Positions 24,901-38,885 are shown, counted from the first letter of the stretch. The stretch is DNA of 64,000 nucleotides from Octopus sinensis (GCF_006345805.1 NC_043018.1:19220001-19284000), one strand, 5' to 3'. The notes: generated by a model not told the origin, from the sequence alone. Made by a program: numbers and translations.

Positions 24901-25778
24901 GTTGGTATTTAGTCTTGGAATATTTTCTTGCAGTGCAATTGTCTTTTGATTGCTGTTTATTTTTTTTCATAGAATTTTCCTTCTATTAAATTGTAATTAT
25001 CCGTGGAAGGTTCTTCAGCTATTTCTAAATTTATTTTCTTTACTTTGCTTTTATTTATCCTATCTTATCTTTTAAAATGCTATGCTTTCCGTAGCTCTGG
25101 AGGAGGAGGAGGAGGAGATCATTAAGAGTAGTTTCCATTGTTGTTATGTTGTACACATAATGGAATGCCTATATGAGGCAGCGCTTGAAAGTTCCTGGCT
25201 TTGGGTAAGAGAAAATACAGGAGAATCAGTTAATTATGAGTTTATTCAACAGAGTTCTGTTTCAATACAGAATTATCAATTTACTGGAATGCAACAACTT
25301 CGAATGCCAACCAACCTGTTTGCCAGTTAACCCATTAAAAAAAATAAAGATGCGCCCTTTTAAAGCCTAGCGAGGATCATGGGCCCTGTTTTCCGGTTTC
25401 TATGGGTATTGTCAACTTGGGGGTGGAGGACAAACACACACACACAAACACGCATTCACACACACACACACACACACTCACAAATACACACATGCACACA
25501 CACATACAATGGGCTTCTTTCAGTTTCCATCTACCAAATTCACTTACAAGGCTTGGACGGGACGCCAGTCCATCGCAGCGTTACTCAATTTTGCCAGCTG
25601 AGTGGATTGGATCAACGTGAAATGAAGTGTTTTGCTCAAGAACACAACGCGTCGCCCGGTCCAGGAATCGAAACCACGATCTTACGATCATGATACTGAC
25701 ACCCTAACCACTAAGCCACGTGCCTCTACCCAGTTAACCCATAATGGAGTGAATATGTGAGCAGTATATATATATATA

Positions 25779-26187
25779 TCTTTACTACCCACAAGGGACT
25801 AAACACAGTGAGGATAAACAAGGACAGACATAGGTATTAAGTCGATTACATAGACCCCAGTGCGTAACTGGTACTTAATTTATCGACCCCGAAAGGATGA
25901 AAGGCAAAGTCGACCTCGGCGGAATTTGAACTCACAACGTAACGCAGACGAAATACCTATTTCTTTATTACCCACAAGGGGCTAAACACAGAGGTAACAA
26001 ACAAGGACAGACATAGGTATTAAGTCGATTTCATCGACCCCAGTTCGTAACTGGTACTTAATTTATCGACCCCGAAAGGATGAAAGGCAAAGTCGACCTC
26101 GGCGGAATTTGAACTCACAACGTAACGCAGACGAAATACCGCTAAGCATTTCGCCCGGTGTGCTAACGTTTCTGCCAGCTCGCCGCC
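25779..26187 (-). mobile_element. SINE family 1 tandem dimer
   Basis: Two units joined at gacgaaatacc|tatttctt; flanked by atgtgagca(g/a)tatata at 25755-25770 and 26191-26206. Confidence 0.8.
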
Positions 26188-26714
26188 TTCATGTGAGCAA
26201 TATATATACTCAAAAATACCTGTTGATTAAAGCGGAACCCCAAAATCCACGTGCAAAACAAAGCAGTATGCAAATTAGAAGAACTATTATTTGTACAAAT
26301 TAACAAAATACAAAGACATTTACTAAACAAGGCAAAAGCCACCAAACTCAGTTCGATACCAAGTCAGAACAGAACTGAATTAGAGCAATATAACAAACAG
26401 ACTTAACAGGTGGCGAGCCTGCAGAAACGTTAGCACACCAGGCGAAATGCTCAGCAGTATTTCGTCTGGCGCTACGTTCTGAGTTCAAATTCCGCCGAGG
26501 TCGACTTTGCCTTTCATCCTTTCGGGGTCGATAAATTAAGTACCAGTTATGCACCGGGATCGATGTAGTTGACTTAATCCCTTTGTTTGTCTCTGTGGGC
26601 AATAAAGAGATATATAACAAACAGACTTACACAATTATTGCAACAGTCTTTCAGTTATTCTAAATTATTCGGAATGTTTGGCCTCCAACCAGGCTTCTCG
26701 TGATGCCCCCCGCC

Positions 26715-26825
26715 CTTGCAGCCCCCACCCTTGCAGCACCCACCCTTGCAGCACCCACCCTTGCACCCCCACCCTTGCAGCCCCCACCCTTGCAGCCCCT
26801 ACCCTTGTAGCCCCCACCCTTGTAA
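26715..26825. repeat. 15-bp minisatellite (CCTTGCAGCCCCCAC)
   Basis: About seven tandem copies. Confidence 0.9.
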
Positions 26826-27406
26826 TATTAGAAATATAACATACTGTTATACAGTGGCTGTGTGGTTAAGAAGCCTGCTTCTTAACTATATCGTCCTGGG
26901 GTCAATTCCATTGTGTGGCACCTTGGGCAAAAGTGTCTTCTACTGTAGCCCCAGGTCAAGCCAAGCCTTGTAAGTGAATTTGGTAGATGGAAACTGAAAG
27001 AAGCCCATTGTATGTGTGTGTTTGTGCATGTGTGCATGTGTGTATTTGTGAGTGTGTGTGTGAATGCGTGTTTGTGTGTGTGTGTTTGTCCTCCACCTCC
27101 AGTTGACAATACCTACACGCACCCATGGAAAAAAGCAGAAGCAAGAGTCATGAGTACACAGAAGTACCCCAGTTATATGTAAATGTAAAATCCTTTAGCA
27201 AGTATCAGCACACGTGTGACTAGTCACGAACCACGACTTTTAGTGGTTACCAGTCCCGAAGTGAATGGTAATAAATTTACTTCTAATATAGGATAAAATT
27301 TTTTCAAAAAAAATTTCATCAAAGTGGCCAGCATATTAAAATACCTTTAAAAGCGAAAATTATAAACAATTATATGGGTATTTGTAGGTATTTCATGTAT
27401 TTCTTA

Positions 27407-27476
27407 TCGTATTCTCTACTGAAGAGGGGAAAATCCGTGGGATTAATCCCGAAATTGATTCAATATAGAGATAACG
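27407..27476 (+). ncRNA. Canonical type I hammerhead ribozyme, sense to FAHD2
   Basis: tcgt-at-tctcta CTGAAGA ggga-a-aatcc-gtg-ggatt-aa-tccc GAAA ttg-att-caa TA tagaga-ta-acga. All core nucleotides are canonical, G10.1-C11.1 is present, stem I is 6 bp plus a distal 4 bp; cleavage predicted after 27464. Confidence 0.85.
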
Positions 27477-27943
27477 AATCTTTTTCATTAAAAATTCTGT
27501 TAGCTTGCTTTCCTCGATTTCAGCAGGACGTGTATTCATGGTGAATGTAATGTGGTGATTGACAATTTAAAGTCTATTCTCAGCATATTGGCACAGAAAT
27601 CCTTTTTCTTTTCCACTTGTTTATAATTATATATATATATATATATATCACCGTGACCGACCAGGCTATCAGATGTTGCTACACATCATTGGTCACAATG
27701 CGCTTCGCATTGTTTTAGCCTTCAAATGACGCCACCCCGCTGGCTAAGCGAGCAGGCCAACAGAAGAAAGAGAGAAAGATGTGGCGAAAGAGTACAGCAG
27801 GGATCGCCACCACCCCCTGCCGGAGCCTCGTGGAGCTTTAGGTGTTTCCGCTCAATAAACACCCACAACGCCCGGTCTGGAGATCGAAACCGCGTCCCTA
27901 CAACCGCGAGTCCGCTGCCCTAACCACTGGCCCATTGCGCCTC

Positions 27944-27992
<49 letters not shown>

Positions 27993-27998
27993 ATATAT

Positions 27999-28048
<50 letters not shown>

Positions 28049-28173
28049 TATATATATATATATCTGTCTATATAGTGCATCATCATTTTTTAATGATTAT
28101 TATTTAGCAATAACTTTGATATTTTTGTCAATAAGATGAATTATTTTCTTGTTAATGTTCTGTTTTCTGTTAG

Positions 28174-28261
28174 GTTTGTCACTTTGAAACCCGGGGATGT
28201 AATTCTAACTGGAACCCCTCTCGGGGTTGGTGTCTTCAGAAACCCTCCAGAATTTTTAAAG
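28174..28261 (+). CDS. FAHD2: FAHD2-like exon E ((R)FVTLKPGDVILTGTPLGVGVFRNPPEFLK)
   Basis: Acceptor ctgttAG at 28172-28173, donor GTaagg at 28262. The exon is 88 nt, phase 2/0, with the TL.PGDVILTGTP.GVG motif. Confidence 0.95.
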
Positions 28262-29508
28262 GTAAGGACCATGTAAAGTGTCAAATCAGATTGTTTAACA
28301 AAGTGAATGTCTCTATTGGTGATTGAAGTACTGCAGCTGGCCATGTCTATAAGGTAACAGCCGACAGTCGACTGAGTGGTCAGTTGTGGTGTGTCTGTGA
28401 CCAAAATAGTTTGTATTGGCTCAGGCCATGTAAGTGGGTCTCACAAGGAGTTGTTAATTCACTGCTGTGGCTGCCTTGTAAGATTTAATGCTTTGTTGTT
28501 GTTGCTGTTGTTGCTGTTGTTAATGCTGTTGTTTAACCCCAGGTCAACTATGATTGAGCCAATGGTTCAGCTGTGATCTACAAATCTATTGGTTCAGGTA
28601 TATATGTTTCTTTATTACCCACAAGGGGCTAAACATAGAGGGGACAAACAAGGACAGACAAACGGATTAAGTCGATTACATCGACCCCAGTGCGTAACTG
28701 GTACTTAATTTTATCGACCCCGAAAGGATGAAAGGCAAAGTCGACCTCGGCGGAATTTGAACTCAGAACGTAACGGCAAACGAAATACGGCTACGCATTT
28801 CACCCGGCGTGCTAACGGTTCTGCCAGCTCACCGCCTTATATACCTGGTTCAGGTATATAACCACAGGCACGGCTTTGTGCCTTATAGCTGCAAGCTGGG
28901 TCAAGGAGACTCTGAAGTTTGCTTCTTAATCATGGGGTGGGGGTGGGGGTGTGGGTTTGGTTCTGTTTCAGTGTGGAACATATTGGGCATGGGGTCTTCA
29001 CACAGACTGCTACATCACATGACACAGACTGCTGCATCACATGATCGATCCTCCACGTCACATGACAAACTACTACAACACATGACTGATTATGTATTCC
29101 CACTGGACACCAACAAAACAAGGCCTTGATATGTATATTTACCTACAGACGTGTTCCCTTCAAGGAAAGAAGTGCACCCTTGTGAATAATGTTGTTATGC
29201 CCTTTTCTCCTGGAATTGTATTCCCTTCTGATCTTGTGCCCTTGCTTTGAAAAATTTTGGAGATCACACCACCTGTTCACCCCCACCCCACAGAGTTGAA
29301 TGATAGTTTTTACTTCAATTGTGAGCAGGAGCCAAGGAGGGTGTCTACACGTGTCCTCCAAGATTATTGACAAACACCAACTGGCTCCAAGACTTTTGGC
29401 AAAGTATTCAAAATTATCCATAATCAGGAATATTACTGTAACTTCTTAAAAAAATCACAGCGGGTACATAGGATGATGTATGCCTTGGTACACTTTTCCT
29501 GAGAAAAA

Positions 29509-29608
29509 NNNNNNNNNNNNNNNNNNNNNNNNNNNNNNNNNNNNNNNNNNNNNNNNNNNNNNNNNNNNNNNNNNNNNNNNNNNNNNNNNNNNNNNNNNNN
29601 NNNNNNNN
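29509..29608. other. Assembly gap (100 N)
   Basis: Run of exactly 100 N; this length is a typical placeholder for a gap of unknown size. Confidence 0.99.
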
Positions 29609-30806
29609 AACACTGTTCTGCTGCTGCCTTATCTGGGACAGTGCTGCTGCTCTACATCCAAATATCCAAGATCGAACCCCCAATCAAGGCCACCAGACTA
29701 ATTGATAGGAACTCCAATGTCCCTAATATTGCGCACCGTATAACCTTTCAAACAATAATTATAACACGAAAAAGAACTCATTGGATAATGTAGGCCGGTG
29801 ATGGCCACGATTGGAATACCTAGACTAAACAACAACAACAACAACAACAACATCAAGTGGAGGCGCAATGGCTCAGTGGTTAGGGCAGCGGACTCGCGGT
29901 CGGAGGATTGCGGTTTCGATTCCCAGACCGGGCGTTGTGTGTGTTTATTGAGCGAAAACACCTAAACAGCTTCACGAGGCTCCGGCAGGGGTGGTGGCGA
30001 CCCCTGTTGTACTCTTTCGCTCCAACTTTCTCTCACTCTTTCTTCCTGTTTCTTGTCCCCGACTTCCTATGCAACCGATGAGCCTGGATGCGCATCCATC
30101 CATCCGTCGATGCTCTCGGTGTCGGGGGTTGACCTGCTTTCTCTTCTGTGGATCTTACGAATAGTAAAGAACCACGTTTCGGACTTCTCTCATCTTGCGA
30201 GCTCTGGGTCGAAGACCGTTCGCTCAACGCAACAGCAACAGCAGCAACATCAACAACAACATCAAGAACAAGAGTAGCGGCAGTAGCAGCAACAGCAACA
30301 GGGCCATTCTATCTTTTCAACAGCTACCACCGTAACCGCTGCCCCCCAAGGAGCTAACTGGTCGTCTGCTATTTCTTCTTATGTATTGGTGGCAGACGAC
30401 CCCAAATCTCCCTCGTAGGATCTTATAAAAATGGAAGAGGACATCAGATAATGTGGTCTTAGATACATTGTGTATGCAAACGAAAAGAAAGAAGACGTGA
30501 TGGTGATATTTGAAACGCATTGGTCTGCTGGAATGGAGCTAACAAACAACAATATCACACTTCATAAATTTCAGATGAGTTGTAGATGTTTACCAACAGT
30601 CTGTGGTTTGGAATTTTACTCTCACCAGAATCTATAGCATACACTCATTAATAAAACAAAGAATGAAGACCACACACGCGCCTGCGCACGCACACACACA
30701 AATAGATATACATACATGTATATATTTATATATAATATACATATAAGCACACACGTACATATATGTATGTATGAATGTGTGTGTGTGTGCCTATAATATA
30801 TATATA

Positions 30807-30838
<32 letters not shown>

Positions 30839-31144
30839 GCATATATATATATATTTCTCATATAAAATAGTGTACGTATTTATACGCAAAAGAGGTGACC
30901 TTTAAGAGGACACCTTACATGATAGAAAGGGCAGTTAAAGCCCAAACCACGAATAAGAGTAGTTTCAAAGGGAATGAAAAAATAAAAATATTTTTATAGT
31001 TACCCTTAGACTCGAGTTTCTACATCAATATATATGAAAACACGAAAGAAAATGGAATTCACAGGACACGAATATAAAATTATCATATATATGTATATAG
31101 TATGTATATATATATATATATATATAATATATATATATATATAT

Positions 31145-31264
<120 letters not shown>

Positions 31265-32446
31265 ATACATATACATACACACAGACACACACATATATAT
31301 GTACATATGTATATTTATTTATTTATGTTCAACCGTCTATAATGACAGGCCCTCAGAGATTGGTGCAATCAATATCGATTTGCATAATCTCTAAACCCAT
31401 AGCTTTCGCAAGACCTCAGAGATTTGTGGAATATCAATATCGATTTACACCAGTCTCTGACGGTCTGCAAAAGGCATGGGTCTGCCATCTTCTTCCAGAA
31501 CAATCCGTTAAAAATGATAATAACAAAGAATTCCTTTCTCAGATTCTAATGCTTATGATGTTCTGTTTTCTCTCATCGTGTACAAAATCTGAGGGCATTC
31601 TCTTAACGTGCACAATAAAATATAGTTAGTCCTCTAGACATTATTGTTTCGAGTCCTAGAATTTATAGAACTGGTTACCCAGGTTCCTTGGCATATAAAT
31701 GATCGAAATTCCAACACCCCCCCTCATCCTGAATCGCGGAGAGGGATTCCAGCTCGTCGCGGGGGTACTTATTCATAGATGTGTGAACCGGAGCAACGTA
31801 AAATGAAGTGTTTTGCTCAAGAACACAAAACGCACCGCTCGACGACCGGGAATTGAAACCACGGTTTTTCTACCCCGAATGCCCACGCCTTAACCACTAG
31901 ACCACGTGCCTTCACTTCCCTAACGTATAAAGACATTGAAATAGAAAGTTGGCAGGTTGAAGGCCTGTGCTCCGGTTTTTACAGCCTGAGTTCAAATCTC
32001 ACCGATGTGAAATTTATTTTCCCTCCTGTGTCGATGAAGGAAAATATCAGTCAAATATTAGGGTGGGAGGCGATAAAATCGATTATGACAATCCCCACAA
32101 AATTTCTGACCTTGTGCCTAAATTACAAAAGTTTGGAGTGTCGAGGAAAAAAAAACCTTGCAATATTTCTTCCGACTCTACGTTTTGAGTTCAAATCCGG
32201 CCGAGATCAACTTGATTTTTTTATTCGTCTGAAGCCACTGAAATAAAATACCGTGTTCGATGGCATAAAAGCGCTCATTTTGTTTTTAAAAATAGAGTTA
32301 AAAAAAAAAAACCGCGCCAGGTCCTCCTGTATAAGAAGTTGGGCCTCTTATAACCTGATTTTGTCCCTGACACTCATTTCTAAAGACCAATTCTAATTCT
32401 GATAGTCTCTTCTACTTAACCTTACTCCTAAATAATAATAATGATG

Positions 32447-32504
<58 letters not shown>

Positions 32505-32508
32505 TGAC

Positions 32509-32571
<63 letters not shown>

Positions 32572-33193
32572 AATGGTGGTTTCAAATTTTGGTTTAAGGC
32601 CAACATTTTCGGGTGAGGGGGCAAGTTGACTGCATTGACCCCAGTGCGCAACTGGTACTTATTTTATTGACCCCAAAAGGATAAAAGTCAAAGTCGACTT
32701 CAGTGGAATTTGAACTCAGAATGTAAAGACGGACGAAATTCCACTAAGCAGTGACTCTCATGGCTTCTGATCTTAAGTGATTGGAAGTGTTATCATGTAC
32801 ATTGTTTTGTCTTGGTATGAAAGATGGGCTACAGCAAACATTCTGCTCAATTCCACAGATTCGCTTGTCAGTTGTTTGACTTTAACCAGTTGAGTATGTC
32901 CTTTCATCGCTGCTGATATGTGCATCTCTGATCATGAGCAGAAGTAGTTGGGGAGCATTAGAGCCATCTGTTGAAAGTTTGGGGTTTGGATCATTCACCT
33001 TTGGAAACATGGGTGTTTCGTTCAACATCCTTAAACAACACTTATTCAGGGACCTTTTGAGCGACTTTACCTTTCATCCTTTCGGGGTACCAGTGAAACA
33101 CTGGGGTCGATGTAATCGACTACGCCCCTCCCCCAAAATTTCAGGCCTTGTGTCTATAGTAGGAAGGATTATTATTATTATTATTATTATTAT

Positions 33194-33852
33194 CATTCAG
33201 TAGTTTTATTTTTATAGCGTGCTTTCACTTCACTACCGAGCGCAGCTCTGTGTGCCTTAGGTATGTGTTGTGATTTGTTGTGATGCTCTGATGGTTATTG
33301 TATGGAAGTGTTCTGCGCAGGATGTGTGCAGTGCCTAGTAGTGCAATTTTCTGTATGTTATATGTGTTTGTAAGTCCTGGTGTTTTTGTTATGTATTTGT
33401 CTGAATATTTTTTAATCATGCCTAATGCACCTACTATGATAGGAATTGTTTCTGTTTTTAGATTCCACATTCTGGTTACCTCTATTTCCAGGTCTTTGTA
33501 TTTTGAAAGTTTCTCCATTTCTTTTAGAGACACGTTGTCATCTGCCGGTATTGATACATCAATTAGAAAGCATTTTTTTTTCTTCATGATCTATGACAAC
33601 TATATCTGGTCTGTTGGCCTTAATTCTCTATCTGTGTGTATCGGAATATCCAGAGTATGGTGCTTTCTCGTTTTCTGTTACCTTTTCTGATGTGTGCCTA
33701 TACCATCTTTTTTCTGTTGTTATTCCATAATGTTGGCATAGCTTCCAGTGTATGTAGGTTCCAACTTTGTCATGTCTGTGAATATATTCCTTCTTAGCTA
33801 GGACTGGGCAGCCAGAGATAATATGATTTATTGTTTCTTGTCCATCTCCACA
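33194..33852 (-). mobile_element. 5'-truncated R4/Dong-like non-LTR retrotransposon (CCHC knuckle and RLE endonuclease) in (TAA)n
   Basis: Translates, with frameshifts, to CGDGQETINHIISGCPVLAKKEYIHRHDKVGTYIHWKLC...ANRPDIVV...CFLIDVSIPADDNVSLKEMEKLSKYKDL...IPIIVGALG...IQKIALLGTAHILRRTL. (TAA)n lies on both sides. Confidence 0.85.
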
Positions 33853-33875
33853 TATTATTATTATTATTATTATTA

Positions 33876-33916
<41 letters not shown>

Positions 33917-34481
33917 CATCATCATCATTATTAATTTGACTCGGGTTTGGTCTTATTCCTGGCAGGATTTATATGGGTAGCGGGTTACCACCTCTAACCT
34001 TAGGTATTCCGAAAGCTTTCAATAGTCTTTCAAGTGATTAAATCCCCCCTGATAACAGTTCCCAAATGCACGTTTCATGCCATAACTAAAATACTTTTGT
34101 TATGCTTTCCAATGTCTTTAAATATTATATGCTTTAATGCACTAAAATAAACACCTTTATTCTCCTGAATACGTGCAGCTGAAAGTGGGGCACGTCTTAT
34201 ACGCCGTGCATCTATAATCCAATCAAATACGGTACTAGCCACGTACAGGAATCGATGCAGTCTATAACCTCCTCTCTATAAAAATTGCTGGCCTTGTGCC
34301 TAAATTAGAAACGAGTATTACGTTTATTCTCGCCATTTTATATTGGGATCACCGTTATTTCTTTTTGTTTTTCTTTTTCTTCGGGACATATATTGATCGG
34401 TTACATATCGATTTCACCCGCTTTAAACGTCTTCAACGATACGCAATAAAACGACCGTATTTTTACACACACAACCCACCC

Positions 34482-34517
<36 letters not shown>

Positions 34518-36419
34518 CTCTGTCACCCCAAACAAATAAACACAAGCTCTCTCACACACACACACACATACACATACTCACAAACACACACATACACACA
34601 CACTCACTAGCGCACACATACACATAGACACATACAAACCCACATACCCGACTGTAATTCTAAATCTTAATTTAATCTGTTGCATAAGAAATAAAATATT
34701 TAGGCTTCCCGACAGTTTTACTTATCTAAAACAATTTTATTTTTGTTTCTATCCTCCTCCTCCTCCTCCTCCTCCCCCTCTTTTTTCTTCCCTTTCTTCT
34801 CTTCTTCATCCTCCTCTCCCTCCTCCTCCTCTTTCTTCTTCCATTCTCCTCTTCTTCCTCCTCTCTCCCTCCTCCTTCCCTTTCTTCTCTTCTTCCTCCT
34901 ACCCCTCCCTCTCCTCTTTCTTCTTCCCTTTCTTCTCTTCTTCCTCCTCCTCCTCCTCCTCCTCCTTCTTCCCTTTCTCCTCCTCCCCTCCTTCCTTTTC
35001 TTCTTCCCTTTTTCCTCCTCCTCCTCCTTTTTCTTCTTCCCTTTCTCCTCCTCCTTCTCCCCCCTCCTTCCACTTCTACCTCCACTTCCTCTTCTCCTTT
35101 TCCTGTATTCAATAGACATTGTTTTATTTTTACCGGTTCTGAATATCAATTGGCTTTAATGACTCTCTCTTCTTCATCTTCCTTTTTACCAATTCTCTCT
35201 CTACGACTACAATAAATGGTAAACTGCAATAGAACATCCATAAATATTGCAGTGTCTCTTAATGAAATACTTTGTTTTACTTTCACTCTTCGCAGATACA
35301 TTAATGCTTATTTATTTAAACTGTTGTTATCTTTCGTATCTAATGGCTTCGTGTTTACTTTCTCTTCTATCCTCCATTTTATTCCAAAAGAATATTGGCT
35401 TTTAGAAGCCCGATATATAATTGAAACCATCTAATGTTGTGAATCTTGTTTGTGAAACAAAACTTTTCACTTCAGCTTCTTTTGTTTAGTCGTGGAGAAG
35501 GATTCAGTACGGGTTTTTGTGAAATGAATAGAGATAAATCGTTTAACAAAGACGTTTAACCCATCGTCTGCCCAAAGCGCTTTCGTAAGTTTCTCTTAAA
35601 TCTACCGGCTTCTTTTCCGTCTTCTAGTCATCCCTTCATTCATATGTTTTACTCTTTTACTCTTTTACTATTCTACTTGTTTCAGTCATTTGACTGTGGC
35701 TATGCTGGAGCACTGCCTCTAGTCGAGCAAATTGCTTTCCTTTTGTGATAGACAACTATCACGCAGAAAATACCAGCTTCCAAATCCCATTTTCTGATTA
35801 TGTGAAAATGATCAAACTTTAAACCTCTGTAACATTTTCGTACAATTTTTCTCGAACAAATGAATAACAAAATCGGATTCAGCGTGAAAAATTGCATCAT
35901 TATTCCAAATTTGAAAATTAACTCTTAATTTTAAAATTTCAACTTCTGAAAAGACCAGAGAACAGCAGAGAGACAGTGAGTTATAAGACTTAGGTGTACG
36001 TGAATTGGGGTGGCTCTTTAAATTCTGAGTTCGAATCCTATGGAGGTCAACTTTGTCTTTTACCTCTCCTGGATCGACAAAATAGAGATCCAGTCAGGTA
36101 ATAAGTCGATTTAAGGTCCCCTTTCAAAATTGCTCATCTTGAGCCTAAATTAGAGACGATTTGCACAATGGCTTCAGTGCCGGGAAAAATGCCTTGCGGT
36201 ATATCTTCCGGCTCTTTATATCATAAGTTCAAATCTCGCCAAGCTTAGTTATGCTTTTTATCCTATCGGGGTCCATAAGATGAAGTAACAATCAAATACT
36301 GAGATCGAAGTAACAAGTTAGTCTCTACCTCAAGAAATTCTTGTCCTGGTACGTAAAAATTAGTCACCATTATTTCAAGAACGTTATTCCACCGAGGTTG
36401 ACTTTGCCTTTCATATGTT

Positions 36420-36900
36420 CAGAGTCGATAAAATAAGTACAAGGTTCGGTGGAGGAAGCTTGCCGCTACATCCATTCCACGTAATGTTGTTGGCTGTCTT
36501 TAGATCATCTTGAACTGCCCTTCGCCAAGTGATCTTCGGCTTGCCTTTTTTTTTGTGTCTGCTATAGGGTGGTACCAAAATCATAGCTGTTTTCGAGCGC
36601 TGTTGATCGGTTAGACGGAAAATGTAGCTAACCAGGTGGAATCGGCACTCTGCTAAATCTTCTGTAGTGGACATGACTTGTCTCTTCTCAGAATCTTCTC
36701 ATTTATGACCTGGTCCCGCCAGTTGAGCCTTAAGATTTGTCTGAGTCACCTTCGATGGAATATATTTAGTTTTCTATCCGTCCCTATTGTGTTCTTCAAA
36801 GCCAAGTTGGCAGTGATCGAAGCTGGAAGAACATTGGAACTATACAGAGGAAATTTCACAGCGGTACTGATGTGAATGCATACGCTAGAACACTGCTAGC
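36420..36900 (-). mobile_element. Decayed RTE-clade LINE, C-terminal region
   Basis: LYSSNVL...KLNIFHRR*LRQILRLNWRDQVINEKILRR, followed by ...KGKPKITWRRAVQDDLK...ITW. Confidence 0.65.
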
Positions 36901-37590
36901 ACCGTTCCAATCCCGCAGTCCATATCCAGTTTCGCATCACCAGAGCTGCTTACAACTCGATCCAGGATATTTAAACCAGTGTGGACTTTGCTGAAGACAC
37001 TCAAGAATCTATTGACGCATTTAAAACGAAGAACAAATTAAGTCGACCAACCATATTAATACAAATAGAAGCTTTCACTAACGTTTAGAGATGCATTTAG
37101 TTTGTAGATAAGAAAACAAAACTAAACTAAACATCACGACAGATTTTCTGACGATATATTTGGTATGGCGATAAAATTGCCATCGATGTTTTAGCTATCT
37201 TGCAATGAAATTCTACGTGATGAAATTAAAAGAGTTTTCTTTTCTCTTTTCCTTTTTAACCACGATGTAAAGACTCACGATAAATATACAGCAACGAATT
37301 TATCGAACAAATTCCAAAACATGTATTTTTCTTAAATAGCATATAGGTGTGTAGGTTTTCTTATTTTCTCTATGTGAGACAAAATTTACCGGGTTTAGTC
37401 TATTTTCGTATGTGGTGTGTACAAATTGCTGCTATATAAAAATGATCGTCTGAAAGGAACTTGCTATGAATAAACGATAAAAGTTTTGAATAAGTATAAA
37501 AAAATTCGATCATTATTAGTAAGACTTCGCCTTTCTTAAATAAATAACTGAGTCTGAGAAAATTTGTCCTCTAAACAGGAATGTTATTCG

Positions 37591-37634
<44 letters not shown>

Positions 37635-37723
37635 ATATCATATCATATATATTATAGATATATATATATATATATATGTATATAGTATATATATAGCATA
37701 TAGATACACACATATCCATATAC

Positions 37724-37757
<34 letters not shown>

Positions 37758-37957
37758 ATATATATAAAATAGGAATTAGAGATAAAACTACTATTAGGCA
37801 ACTCAAACCAATACATAAATAACAAATGATATAAATATAATATAGCCATACTCCCTAATATTAGTATTATATATATATATATAATAAGCATACATACTAT
37901 ATATATATATATTAGTATTATATATAATTAGTATTATTATATATATAAGCATACATA

Positions 37958-38013
<56 letters not shown>

Positions 38014-38030
38014 TATATCTGTTTGCATAC

Positions 38031-38082
<52 letters not shown>

Positions 38083-38781
38083 GCATACATACACACGTAC
38101 ATATATACGTCCATGTGTAAATATTTTGCTTAATATTATCATATATATCTTTATATGTTTTAAAAGCATATTCGTCGGTTTTAAGTCATGAGATATCTTC
38201 CTCTAATTCTTTATTTTCCTCTCCTTTTCTTTTTATTCTCTAAAAAAATCAATATCCAACTTTCCAAATATCGTCACATTTTCGGTGATATCTCTGTACT
38301 TAACTTCTTCCTATAATTCCACAAAGATATATTTTTTCTTTTTGTTTTGTTGAATTATTATTTTTTTTGCATGAATATTATGTAATATTTCTGTAAAAAA
38401 TTTTATCCCCGAAGACGCGTTTCTAAACTATAAAATATTTGCCTTATTGTGAGGATTAAAATATATATTTGAGAGCGAACACCTACATGCCGAGTGTGTT
38501 GCTACAGTCCGCCTCCAAATGCAGAAGCCGACCTCCCATCATGTGGTGAAGTAACTCTGTAGGGTTTCGGTCCTCATTCATTCATACATACATACATACA
38601 TGCGTATGTGCGCATACTACATATATATGCATATACACACATGCATATATTCACACATACACACACACACAAAGATGTGTGTGTGTGTAAGTCGTCTAAG
38701 GATCCAAAAGTCAGGAAAAAATGCACATGTATATGTGTCAAGAGAGGGGATATATTATCCAAAGTGTACGGTATCATATAT

Positions 38782-38885
38782 CCATTACGGCCGATCTTAC
38801 CAATCGGTTTCACACTAGGGATTCAACGGAGTGTTATGTAACAATACGATTATGTAACTCTGCGCTCATCAGAGGTATATAATGG
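38782..38885 (-). ncRNA. Partly decayed type I hammerhead
   Basis: - strand: ccattat-atacct CTGATGA gcgc...gtgt GAAA cc-gatt-gg TA agat-cggcc-gtaatgg. GUA triplet; stem II has G-U pairs consistent with CpG decay; proximal stem I has a mismatch. Confidence 0.55.

Noticed and set aside
28213-28230. GTPLGVG in place of the more usual GTP(P/S/A)GVG
   Set aside because: This position varies across the FAH family; there is no basis to claim altered function.
37146-37230. CTGACGA...GAAA hammerhead-like spacing with an internal atggc/gccat hairpin
   Set aside because: The cleavage position reads ATG rather than NUH, and stems II and III pair poorly. At best a heavily decayed relic.
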